Shown in pieces: positions 21,838 to 34,300 of a DNA stretch of 64,000 nt (position 1 is its first letter; each line of letters opens with the position of its first letter). The DNA is taken from positions 665,171 through 729,170 of the forward strand of contig JAQGDQ010000030.1 of NCBI GenBank assembly GCA_030141605.1, written 5' to 3'. Source of the DNA: Tubiluchus corallicola. Taxonomy: Eukaryota > Animalia > Priapulida. The notes under the pieces are model-generated. The model was not told where the DNA came from, did no database searches, and was given only the letters and a program-made list of their open reading frames with translations. A program made the position numbers and the translations under genes.

Positions 21838-24800
21838 GATGCTGCTGCATCGGTATGGCTTTCTATTAATTAAGTAGAGGTTTTGCATTATGCAGAATTC
21901 TGTATAATCGTTAGATTTGTCTTTTTGTTGTTAGATCCTTCTAGGTTGTTAAAAAAACCGTATAGAATAAAAGAAAGAAAAAGATGGAAAAAACATTTAA
22001 ACTGACACCAAAGCCTAAAATGCGTGGAAATGTTAAATAACAATGTTCTTTGGGGTATTACTGAGCTGTAGTAGTTTTTTTTTCTTTAAAGTATAGAAAC
22101 ATTGAACTCGTAGATAAAGTGTGATCATATAGCTTATAGTAGTACAAAAACATCCATAATATTGACACTAAGGAGTAATCAACTAAAGCGCGAGCAAATG
22201 CACACGAGTAAAGCACAAGTCGTAATCTCACTCCTGAACTCTCTATACCCTTTTGTGTGCCATTATTAGAAAGTCTGTTTTTTCATATCTAACATCTTAG
22301 TACTGTCTTCTGCTAGTCAATACTCAGTAACTATTCTTAGAACAGTACTTGACAACAGTCAGGTTAACATTGATTGGCTACTTGCATGACAGTCTGTTAA
22401 TCATTACGTCATCCGCCCACAGTGACTGTTATATGTCAATCACTACGACGTCATCCGCGCATTGGTCAGCATCATTGAGAGATACCTATATAAGCTGGTG
22501 CAATGCTATCTGATCCAATAGCGTGCCAGTGCTTATAGCAATTTAGATGTTTAGTATAACGATTCATTGTTTACTAACATTATATTGCGTATGGACGGTG
22601 TTTTATATTGCAAATAATTAATTAAGTGACATTAATTTTATTAAAATTAACATATCTGAAAAATGAGCAAATATAAAATATTTGCGCGTAAGCCTATTAC
22701 TTCTACAAAAAAACAAAGCAAAAAAGGACGGATGTAATTTACACAGGTTACTAACATAACCAAGCATGACAAAACAAATAACGAAAATGAACAAGTTGGA
22801 TTAAAAATGTTAACTGTATTAACGACCTTTGACTGCTGCTCTTGGATGCGTTCCAGTTCTCTCTTTCTTCGTACCTCTTCCTAACAGAGAAAATATAAAT
22901 AGAAAGTTCGTTTTTGGTTAATTTAAATTAATCGTTTATAAATCTAATTTGTTCTTATGCGCACCAGTCTTTCAAGTTCTTTTATCCGTTCTTCTGTCCT
23001 CTTTCTGGCTTCTTCGATTTTTCTTTGTCGCTCTGCTTCGCGTCTCATCTTTTCCTTGTACTGACGAATCTCTTCCTTTCTCTGGAGTTCTGCAAGCCTT
23101 TGTCACAAACAAATAAGGAATTATAAGTAGTACGTCAGTGGCTTAAACTTATAGCAATGTCTTTGTTAACGTAGCGTAATGGACAATTAGTTGAATTGAC
23201 TTTTATTATTTCCAGGATTGTTTGTGTAGTTGGTCACCGCTGGGTCAAGTACGAGTTCAATTTATGCGCTTGGCTTGTCATGAAAGTAGTTTTGCAACAG
23301 ACTTTGCTTAAGTTCTTAATCAATCGTTTTAGATGAATAATGTGCCAGTAAATGCACAAGGAATAATGCATTTTGGACTTCATGACGACCGAATATTCGT
23401 CGTTCGGCGAATAAAACTCTTCTGACTTCGCGTGGTATCCATTTTAATCGACGTTTAAGGCCAAAAAGGCGGAATGGTTGCTAACAACATTTTCTAAAGT
23501 AAGAAAGATGTGTTGTTTCAAGATAGATGAGCCAGGAAATGGTATGTCTTCTGAGGTGTCATGTTTATAAGTAAAGTTACCTGTTGCTACATAGCTATTC
23601 ACATAGTAAAATTTGCTAGTAGCTAAGCTCTAAGCGGCCTTTACAGCTATTAGTAAAGCTGCGTTTCCTGTAAAGATTGTATACCTATGGTGATTAACTT
23701 GTTGAAATCCATAAAGTTTGAAACGTTAATGCTTAATCGCACCAAGTTGTCAATTAAACGAGTTTATTCAATCATTTACCTATGTAGCTCTTCCTCCCGG
23801 ATTTTTTCTTCTTCTAGTCTTCGTTGTTCTTCTCTTCTCCGTAATTCTTCTTCCCAAAGTCCCTTCAACCGTAGTTGTTCTTCTCGCCACTGCACGATCC
23901 TCTCGGGACCTGGAAAGTGAACGGGCGTTTTTTACGTTACTTAGAATTAATTTAACAGATGAAACAGCCAGTCAACGATTCAGTCAGCCAAAGCCAACTA
24001 TCAAAAGTGGGAATTTAGCGATCAAAGTTAAACCAACCGTCCGAGCGACAAACCACATATTGAGCTAACCAGTGAAGCCGATAACGTAGCAGCAAAACAG
24101 ACACAATTAAGCTGCCCTACTGGTTAACAAACTTACAATTTTACAAGCAATGTTTTACTAATTAACTAATCAATGCTCGTTAATCCAGCAGGCTTAGTGA
24201 GCCAGAGTATCAGTATTTAGTATCACGCGCCGTCTAAACAAAGAAGTACCATGATTTTTCAGCATTGGAGGAGGGTCAGGAGGCCGAATTAAGTCAACAC
24301 ATTCTACATTGTTCAGCGTTTATTCTTTTGCTGCTGTCACTGGGTATGTGCTACGTGTCGGTAACGCAATCACATTGTCGGCAAGTCAGAGGTACACTAT
24401 TTTTTATCTAATGTTATATACGTTACCATCTCTAGCTATAACTAGGGGCGGATCCAGCAGAGGGTTTCCATCTATGTTTGACGACGTGTAAAACTCGGCC
24501 CAATCTAGATTAACCATATTGCCCATGTTCTCCGGTAGGAGGCGTATCTTGTTATCGCCTAGCCATAAAGTTCGAAGCCAAAACATGTCACACAGGTTGT
24601 CAGGTAGAGAATTTAACTTGTTGTAGGAAAGTATGAACACCTACAAAGTAATAAATATTACCGACGATTTTTTCATAAAGTGATAGGCAAAAAGTGCATA
24701 ACATTTTTTACTTTTCTTCCAGTATGTTTCAGTTCACCGTAAGACCTGATGAATTTAAATTAGTGAGCAATAGTAATTACAAAACATTGTATAAGTGGCA

Positions 24801-26648
24801 AAATATAATCATAAATGATGACAGAGTGATAGATTCCTAGTTACTGTACGTCACGATGAGGCCCATCAATCATGAATACATGAAGAAATATCAGTCAGAG
24901 TGAAATTTAAAATTGAAAATGCCGATTTCGTAATTCTGTTCGGTTGATATAAATCATTGTGTAGTCTAGTTTGGATAGTAAAACGGAAATGTGGGAACTG
25001 ATGATGATGGCGATAGCAACGACAGCGACGATGATGGTTAGGCCTATTTTAGTTGCAAGCACCAGAGACTGCAAGCCTACTCAAAAAGAATTCTTTTACA
25101 AACAAAAAAATAAAAAATAGCAATTTAGGCAAGTGATGCAATCGACTTACCTTTTCCCAAGTGTCGCAAACTTCCAACTTTCAAAAATTTCTCACTTTGT
25201 ATACTTGTACAGAATCTACAGCTACCTTTTATAGTCAACATGTTTGCCATGTCACTATTATCGTCATCATCTTTATTATGATAACATAATTCTCATCACC
25301 ATTATCATTATCACTTTTACTGTCTCTATCACGGTCATGACATCACCGTTATCATCATCATCATGATCATCATCATCACCATCATCATCACCATCATCAT
25401 CATCATCATCACCATCGCTATCATTGTTAAATAATTCTCATTGTCAACATCGTCATCATCAGTATCATTAATATCATTATTAGATATGCATGTATTATCA
25501 TTATTGGTGTAAATTAAAATTTGTTTTTTAGTCAATATTTTGATTTCATGCAAGAAATTTTATGCAAACGAATTCATAATAGTTTATGCACATATCTAGT
25601 AAACTAATTAAAGAGACATTCTACTTGCAAATCAGGTTATTACCTGCAGATTAATGAGTCTGTTTACATCATCCGGGATATTCTCAATCTTGTTACAGGA
25701 GAGATCCAGAAACGTAAGTTGCTGAAGACGGCATAATTGTCTTGGAAAAATTTGAAACTCGTTGTTTGCTGCATGAAGAGACAGCAGACTTTGCAAATTG
25801 TAGAAATTATCGGGAAGTTCTGTGAGATAATTGTTGCTGATTGACAATCTGCAAATGACAAAAAAATGTTCTTCTTAGTAAAAACGAAAAGTTGAAAAAC
25901 GAGATAATTTGAAAAAAAGAGGTAGAAAAAACAAACAAAACAAAAATCAAATAAATATAGAGAGAACGAACAAAGAGGGAAAAAGCTCCGAAGAAATGAG
26001 AGAAGGAAAAAGTCAGAGGAAGGAAGAAAGGATGCGATAGTAAAATAAGAAGAGAAATAAAAAAAGAAAGAGAAAAGGAAGAAAGAAAAAGGGAATGAAA
26101 GAAGAACGGAAAAAAGAAAAAAGAAGAGGAAGAGAAGAAAGACAAAATAATAAACATAGGAACATAAAAAAGAAAAAGTAAAAGAGAAATAAAGGTAAGG
26201 GAGGAATGACTAAGGGGTTATAAAGAGTAAGAGTTACAATCAACGATAGCTTTGCTACAGCTAATATTCTTGCCCATGACTACTGCCACCACCATCACCG
26301 CTGCCATTCACCTCAAACGAATCACCGTCATGACTTCTCTCACCTTTCAAGTCTCTTCAACTCGCAAAGTTCTGACGGTAGTTCTTGCAATTTATTCGTG
26401 TCCAAGATTAGAACACGCAGATTGTTCAACTTGTTGACGGCAGGAGGCACTCGCGTCAAATTGAAGAAGAGGCTGGCTTCTCTCGTGGGGCTAAGGTCCA
26501 GGATCTCCAAATCTGTCAACGTGAACACATCTTTGGGTATCTTGAATAGCTCTTTCCCTTTAAGTTTGAGCTTCCTTCCCCCAAACATTGAATCGTTTTC
26601 AACTCGCAGATTCATGTGGACCGGATGTGTTGACATAGACAATGCCAT
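21193..26648 (-). CDS. leucine-rich repeat protein with C-terminal E/R/K-rich helical tail (428 aa)
   Basis: Phase-compatible GT-AG exons 26344-26648, 25644-25848, 24427-24640, 23780-23909, 22965-23097, 22827-22880, 21193-21438 (1287 nt). Kozak GCCATGG. LRRs (LRVLILDTNKLQELP, LTFLDLSCNKIENIP, LRTLWLGDNKIRLLP), cap GNPLLDPP, then a charged tail. Confidence 0.92.
21708..21836. repeat. compound trinucleotide microsatellite (CAG)n(CAA)n...(CTA)n(CTG)n
   Basis: Read directly; lies in the last intron of the LRR gene. Confidence 0.95.
22827..22880 (-). CDS. LRR protein exon 6
   Basis: EEVRRKRELERIQEQQSK; follows an 84-nt intron. Confidence 0.8.
22965..23097 (-). CDS. LRR protein exon 5
   Basis: LAELQRKEEIRQYKEKMRREAERQRKIEEARKRTEERIKELERL. 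Confidence 0.85.
23780..23909 (-). CDS. LRR protein exon 4
   Basis: GPERIVQWREEQLRLKGLWEEELRRREEQRRLEEEKIREEELHR. Confidence 0.88.
24427..24640 (-). CDS. LRR protein exon 3
   Basis: VFILSYNKLNSLPDNLCDMFWLRTLWLGDNKI...GNPLLDPPLVIARD. Confidence 0.92.
25644..25848 (-). CDS. LRR protein exon 2
   Basis: LSISNNYLTELPDNFYNLQSLLSLHAANNEF...NRLINLQ. Confidence 0.92.
26344..26648 (-). CDS. LRR protein coding exon 1
   Basis: MALSMSTHPVH...LRVLILDTNKLQELPSELCELKRLER; acceptor at 26665, donor GTGAGA. Confidence 0.9.
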
Positions 26649-27118
26649 GGCAGCTATTGCTAGGCTGAAAAAACAATACACTTAATTTAATTTTTGAGGA
26701 ATAACTCTTTATCGGAAAGCACAAGTTAAAGTAATCTTTCGAAGATTTTCTTAGGGGTGTTTCTCTTAAAGTGACTGGTAATATTGGTTACATTTTTGCA
26801 GTGATCTCGCGTATACGTTCATTATGCTTATATAATTCGTAAGCTTAGTTTGGTAGCGCCATATTGTGCAATGCTAAAGTGAAAAAGAAAATTTTTTGAA
26901 AGTGACTCAGAAAACTCAACTTAATCCTAGAGGCATAAAAGCATAATATAATAATAAATCTTTATTTGAAAAAGTTATTTGCAATCCTAACAGTAGTTGA
27001 ATAGAAGCATAATTGTAGTTGATGTTTCCCATAACTACAAAAAAACAACAACACAACAACAAGTGCATAAGGTCTCATTTAGATTTTTAATTACATATTC
27101 TCGTAATACATAAGCTTT

Positions 27119-27240
<122 letters not shown>

Positions 27241-30071
27241 GTCATCGTTGCCGTTTTCTGAGCTATCGTGTCAGGAAAAAGCACGCAGAATCAAATTATT
27301 CGGCATTTGTTTATATTTTTCTTGAATCAAATGAAGTTGTAGTTGCACGGATTGATAGCGACAATTATAACGATAGCAACAATAACACGACAACAGTAGT
27401 GATAATAATAATAATAGTAATCATTAATCAATTAAAAAATGCTGCTAATAACAGTTCTCGTGTTCAGGTACTTGCAGTGGCCTACCTTTTCACGATTCGG
27501 AAAAAGGCTTTGTTTTTAATCGCAAGTTTTTTTTAAATTGAGTCATTTAAATTGAGTTATTGAAATTAATTTAAATAAAGCAGTATTGCCGCTGCTGTTA
27601 ACGCATGCAGTTAAACAAAGAAAAGTTGTAATTCATTTCACATTTTTTATAAAAATAAACTAATAACTGTACGAGTGTATTCACACGATTGCATGTGGGA
27701 CGATCTGACTTGGAGTTTTTTGTAGGACGATTGCGTCATAACTGCGTCGCTAAACTGGGATGTTGCTGGGCTTATTTGGGTAAATTTTTAATTATACAAT
27801 TTGCAGAATTTAGAAGTTGACTCACTAAGACTATTACGGTTGAAAGCTAATTAATTGTTTTCGCCTGTTAATAATTAATTAATAATTATTAACCTAGCTG
27901 CTATTTCTCAAAAAGCTAGGAAAGTGCAACAAAATTTTAGTTGTTTCTGTCGGGTGATACATTTCAACACTTACTAAACACACACGTTGAACAACAACAA
28001 CAAAAAGAAACTCCGGATAAACAAAAAGGTTAGTTAATAAACTCACCTGAATCTATGAGAGTAATTTACACTTTAACTGTGGGTTTGTTGGACCTTTTTC
28101 TTTGATTTTTGGTAGCTTTCCGCCGGGCTGCTATCAACTGCATTCAGTGGCATCACTTTAACTGATAAAGTTGTTTTCAAAAGAAAACGTTTGGCGTCCA
28201 CTATTACTAGTTTCATTAACGAAAGTGAATTCTGCGCTACTTTATGATACAACGCTCCGTAGTGAATACGGAGGATACTATTAGAAAAAAGGGTAGAGTG
28301 AACAGAGTTGAGATTATGGGAAGAATAGATAACACTGTTCGACAATTTTACATAATTGCGCATATGAACGTTTTCGTGTAAAATTTTGATCGATTAATTT
28401 TGATAGATGCTAATAATAAAAAAGAACAACTAACTAGCGCATATGAATATATTTTTCGAAATCACTACCCACCCCAAGTGAAACACTGACAGTCCTGTTT
28501 CTAGCATAGAAAAGCACTTAACGTTCTGAGTTATTGCTTATATTTAACTATAAAACATGTTCGCATTTGCCTTTATTGATTACCACTTAGCACAAAAATT
28601 AGTGCTCCCATTAGCGATCGATACGAAAAATCAATCAGGGTCCAAGAAATCGTAACACAATCATCAAATAACGCGCATACTTGTCAAACACCAAATTTTT
28701 CGTGCACCGACCAAATGATGAAAAAATAAAATAATATTTTTCGCAAAGGTAAATCTCAAAATTTCTCTATGTCACCAAATGAAGTGCCTAAAATCCGGTT
28801 TAAATCATAGTGTGGAGTGAGGCAATTTCCGACTCGAAGTCGACTTGCGAGTGTCAGGAAAACATCAGATACGTCGATCGGTCCGTATACCTGTGCCATT
28901 GAGCTATACTACATGGAATATAAGAATTTTCACGTAAGGAATAACATCAATATAGGGCCTATTGCTTTTTTGTGTTAGTAATACGGCAATTTTTTCTTTA
29001 TTATACTGTACTGTGTTTATTAAATAAACGTTTATACGGCTACTCACCTGCATGTTAAAATTTGGAAGCAGAAACTTTCCTGAACAAATCGATCTTTAAT
29101 AAAATCTGTAGTTTGGCTAGTTTCACCAGACACTTTAGTTGTCACTGAAATACTACAGGTTTTGTTTCTGGCGATACTGGTAGTAAAAGGCTACCGATAT
29201 GGGTATCTTATTACACAAATGGGTTTATATGCATTTATGTTATGCACACCCGGCGGGTCGTCCAATTAATTGCTTCATTAAATATCTATAGGGATGCTAT
29301 TATAATATTATCCTTAGACACACACACAGACACACACACACGCGCGCAACGCACGCATGCACACACACACACACATATATATATATAACAATATAATTAT
29401 ATAACCATTTATAAATTAGAAATTCATGTGTTTACAATGAGGTCCTATGACACAAATTTAAAGTTCGTTTACACGTGTAAAATAGAGTAATAAGGCCTAA
29501 AATGGAAAAAATACATAACCAAATGTAATCTAATTATGCCTGTGATTGTCAGAATAAACCATTCTGATTTATTTTACCAGTTACTGCGGGTAATGATATT
29601 GCGGGAGAAAGGAGATACTGAAAAATTCTTCGCCAGTTTTCCGCAAACTTATCTATGTTAACTTGAGAAATCGAGAACACGACAGGTTGCATTGTCATTG
29701 TTAACTGATGTACGCCTAATTAGATTTCATGGCATTGGGATCGCCATTCGAAAAAGATTCACCCGATTTTTGCGAAGCTCGTTTGTTGTCCCACAAAAAA
29801 TAAGCGCTTTGGTCGAGAAGAGAAAGAAGCAATTGATGAAAAGCCAAGAATTATTTAAGAAGGCCTGCACCAAACTGAACGGCATAATTTGGCAGTCCAT
29901 TTTCGGCTAATTTTCTAGTAAATAAAAGATACAAAACTTTACCTAGAGCCCTAGCTATGTCCCGTTTATGTAAACAATCAATTGTTGGTGGGCACAGCGT
30001 TTGCAATGTGTATAGTTTTATAGAGTTGCGATTCTGTGAAAATAGGACAACTTTTGCAGAATTATTATGTG

Positions 30072-30226
<155 letters not shown>

Positions 30227-30442
30227 TAAACATTTTTTTGAGTTGCGATGCTGACAATTGCTACCCTAGAGTCTAGAAGAAAGGCTATGATTCGTATAAT
30301 GCAGGTTGCTATTCGAAATTCGTGAAAACAATGAAGTCAGAACTACCAAGAGAACAATTTTACAAAATCGAATCTAACGCTGAACGCGCTCAAGACGTGA
30401 CAGTAAAAACTGGCGTAGTGAATTGCTAAAACGTTTATTGCA

Positions 30443-32230
30443 ATGATGAAATTTTTGACAAATTGTCTCAACAATATACGAAACCTAAATTCGAAATCTC
30501 TAGGGTTAATATGGCTGAATTTCCTCCTGCTTTCTGTCAAATCATTCGGATCTGGAATACATGTATCTGACACTGTTAAGAGAATTTCTGATGGTAAAAT
30601 TGCTAATGTATGTGATTTTGTACGACCAGTTGACAGATCACAATTCGGATATGAACTTAACACAGGAATATTGTCTGATTGCAGTTTAATTGAAACGTGT
30701 CCTGTTGGACCAGAAGCAGTATGCAAGGAAAACTGTGCTGAGAGTTATTTGATGGAAGAGTCTAATGGCAATTTAGAGGAAATGCGATACGTAGCTTGGA
30801 ATGAACTGATGGATTGTGGCATCGAAATCAAGAAACCTGCTGAGAACCCAAACGAAAAACGCACTTGTCTTGCAATGACTTTCAAAAATAATGGATCACC
30901 TGCACGATGTAGCATTGCATCAGTGAGTTTGAAAGTATTCGAAAATGTTGAGTCTGACGGGCAGGCTCCAGTACAAAATGGAAAGACAAAAAGAGCAACA
31001 AAGAGAGTAAAGCGATGCCATAGACCACCCGGCAGATGTAGTAGATGTAACAGACGAAAAAAGCCTATAAGGAGGAGACCTAAATCTTTTTGTCGACGAA
31101 TTTGCCACAGACGGCCAGGTAGAAGGACATGTTGTCGACATTACCCACCCAATAGACGTAAACCTAAACCTAGACGTACTACACCTAGACGTACTACACG
31201 TAGACGTACTACACCTAGACCTACTACACCTAGACCTACTACACCTAGACCTACTACACCTAGACCTACTACGAAGCCCAAGCCTTCTTGTGAGCATACA
31301 GTCATATGTGAAACTTCCTGTAAAAAAAAATGCCATCGTAAAAAGAAATGTAAGAAGAATTGCGAAAAAAAATGTCAAAGAAAAACTAAATGTCGATGCA
31401 AGTGCGAGGGCAAGTGTAAGAAAAAGCCTTGTAAAGAAACATGTAAAACTCATTGTGATTGTGTAAAAGAGCTCACCAATAAATGTGTAACGTCAAAGAA
31501 ACCATGTAAAAAAAGATGTGCGCAGAAATGCGAGGATGAGAGTGAATTAACCTGCGAGAAAAAGAGCCAATGTGAGATAAACAGGGAAAAATCTTGTCAG
31601 CCTTTTTGCGTGGGATGGTGTGCAGCAACTGGTGATCGTGGGTGTAAACCAAAGTGCGAAAACACTTGTAAGAATGAAGTTAAATGCGTGTGTGAGTGTG
31701 AGAGTTCATGCGGCAGTGGCAAAGGTGAACAGAAGTGTAAAGACGATTGTAGAAGTCGCTGTAAGTTGACGACGACAACATCAACTACGACGCCGACACC
31801 AACCACAACTTCGACGCTAGCACCTACAACGTTTTCGCCAGGAGAATGTGACAATTGTCGATCAACGTGCGAGAAGAATTGTGCGAGGAAAGGTGGAAAT
31901 GCTGAAGAGTGTACGAAAAAATGCAAAATAGAATGCACACGTTGGAATCATACTCGCCTCAACATAATGGAGTTCTCATTTATGAACATAAGTCACAGTG
32001 AAGCAGAAAAGGACTTATTTAGTGAAGTAAGGAAGTCGTACATTATGTATCACTATACTACAAATTTCACGTTTTATTCAGCAGTACCTGCTAGTGGAAT
32101 TCTTGCGTGTCCTTTAAAAGACTGGCAGAACAATTATCGTCTCTTTATGCAAGTTGAGAAATGTAACTGCCAATCCATAGAACCACCACCAACACCTAAG
32201 GGAGGGCAGCAAACAAAACAGAAGAAATAA
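30443..32230 (+). CDS. uncharacterised intronless, probably secreted cysteine-rich and Arg/Lys-rich modular protein (595 aa)
   Basis: Uninterrupted 1788-nt ORF in AT-rich DNA. Hydrophobic signal-like segment LGLIWLNFLLLSVKSFG; about 60 Cys by hand count; RVKR furin-type site; PR(R/P)TT repeats; CX3CX3C modules; Thr-rich linker; downstream AATAAA signals. Confidence 0.9.
   Translation: MMKFLTNCLNNIRNLNSKSLGLIWLNFLLLSVKSFGSGIHVSDTVKRISDGKIANVCDFVRPVDRSQFGYELNTGILSDCSLIETCPVGPEAVCKENCAESYLMEESNGNLEEMRYVAWNELMDCGIEIKKPAENPNEKRTCLAMTFKNNGSPARCSIASVSLKVFENVESDGQAPVQNGKTKRATKRVKRCHRPPGRCSRCNRRKKPIRRRPKSFCRRICHRRPGRRTCCRHYPPNRRKPKPRRTTPRRTTRRRTTPRPTTPRPTTPRPTTPRPTTKPKPSCEHTVICETSCKKKCHRKKKCKKNCEKKCQRKTKCRCKCEGKCKKKPCKETCKTHCDCVKELTNKCVTSKKPCKKRCAQKCEDESELTCEKKSQCEINREKSCQPFCVGWCAATGDRGCKPKCENTCKNEVKCVCECESSCGSGKGEQKCKDDCRSRCKLTTTTSTTTPTPTTTSTLAPTTFSPGECDNCRSTCEKNCARKGGNAEECTKKCKIECTRWNHTRLNIMEFSFMNISHSEAEKDLFSEVRKSYIMYHYTTNFTFYSAVPASGILACPLKDWQNNYRLFMQVEKCNCQSIEPPPTPKGGQQTKQKK
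31169..31273 (+). repeat. coding minisatellite, 7 x 15 nt (CCTAGAC[G/C]TACTACA) encoding PRRTT/PRPTT
   Basis: Read directly within the 595-aa ORF. Confidence 0.95.
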
Positions 32231-33266
32231 CAGTGCAAAAGTGCGCTGATATATTTAGACGGTCCTATGCAACGATTTAAACCTACTGTATATTAATTTG
32301 AATTTGAATTTATTGTTTTCTGTTTTTTAAATGTCTTTACGAGCATAACAAACACAGTAATGCAGATATAGGCCTAATGTGAAGAATAATAAATTATATA
32401 ATATTACATAATTATATAAATACAGTACGTGCTACAGCAATGTAATATTCTGCAAATAATTTACTTTTGTACTGTGTTATAATACGGATTTCTGTTTAAT
32501 GTATTACAAAGTATACGGACAATAGGTTCAATAATATTTACAAAATAGACACCTAGCAGGTTGGAATCTAATTCTTATTGCAAACAACATAAACATTGTT
32601 ATACCCCGCTATGTTCCAAATAAATTTTGTTATGTTTATAACATCGCTGGTCTTTTCATTGTTTATAATTCATATTTTTGTATGTTAGATTTTCCTTAAA
32701 AATAAAAGCGTGTACTTGTGCAGTTTCACAATTATTAGTTATAGAAATTTGTATCTAATATTTTTAGTTTGTCACAGAACATAGTTAACCGTTCTTTCCT
32801 TATTTTTAAAATTATTTCTATTTAGCTGTGATTTCGAAAAATCCGTAATTTACACAACATTATAAAATAAAAGAAATCATAATAACAGCTATGAAAACAA
32901 GAAACTTAATTTGCTTAAAGTCATTCTTATGAGTGACACCCAAAGGCATTGTGTCCTATTATTGCTTGTTTCATATACTTTGTAAGTTGCACCTAGAACA
33001 CAGTAACACAATCTTTTTATGACTACCGCAGGTCTTTTTCGGAAACATAAAGATTTATTTCGGAGCAAACGTAATTAAGCCGCATTAGATAAGATAAAAC
33101 CAAAAACAACAACATTTTCTTTTTTATTTACATCGTCTCCTGATAGATACTTGAAATATTCACAAAAGTAAGTGCAATATTTGGAACGTTTCTCATAAAA
33201 ACAACGTATATAGGTCTAGCCCACAGGAACTTGATAACTATTTAGTCATTAAAAGTTGAAGAGTGC

Positions 33267-33788
<522 letters not shown>

Positions 33789-34059
33789 CATAAATATTTT
33801 ATTTTTGAAAATCAAATGTTTACATGAAAAATTACAAAATCAACGTACACCTGATGGTTATATCAGCGGGCAATGTTCGGGTAATGATTTTCAGATTGTA
33901 CCAAACAGACCCAACATCAGCTGCCAAAGTATTTACACAGATATACAAATTTAGTTAGAAAATCTATGAATCGAAAGAAGCTATTAACTAAACATTTGTA
34001 CGTATCAGTACAAAAAATTTAAATACATGATAATCACAAATGATGCAATTAAATGTCAG

Positions 34060-34300
34060 CTAACAAAAACCTATACTATTCAGTTCAAAATCCCGCCACA
34101 CCATCATAAATGAAATTTCAAACTGAGAATAATTTCGCAATGTTGTTATAATTAAGCGCTTTCCTTGATCTATGAAATGCATTTTCAGAGCACTCACACA
34201 AAAAGTGCTCTTCTTACTCTGCATTTCTCCACAAGTACATAACTTCCACTCACGAGATGCACTTTCCCAAAGGCCAGTTTCTATAGCCAAATTGTGAGAC
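34060..34300 (-). mobile_element. LINE 3' remnant with CCHC zinc-knuckle tail (related copy at about 41570-41691)
   Basis: SHNLAIETGLW...R..KLCTCGEMQS...HFLCEC; the second copy reads AIETGHW...REQRLCSCG...ERHVIFEC. This is the typical HxLxIExGR...CxC...EHFLxxC motif of non-LTR retrotransposon ORF2 C-termini. Confidence 0.7.

Noticed and set aside
24250-24303. In-frame 54-nt candidate cassette exon in the LRR gene (ECVDLIRPPDPPPMLKNH)
   Set aside because: The acceptor has no polypyrimidine tract, and exon 3 joins exon 4 directly to give a normal LRR cap. It needs RNA evidence.
25807-26243. Phe/Leu/Ser-rich ORFs resembling membrane proteins (also 51278-51517)
   Set aside because: They come from low-complexity purine/pyrimidine tracts inside introns.
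31169-31273. 15-nt tandem repeats as a possible CRISPR-like array
   Set aside because: The units are contiguous with no unique spacers, lie in frame within a eukaryotic ORF, and no cas genes are present.
30920-31938. Antisense ORFs over the 595-aa gene (177 aa SRCSR repeats; 113 aa)
   Set aside because: Shadows of the plus-strand codon bias and the 15-nt coding repeat.
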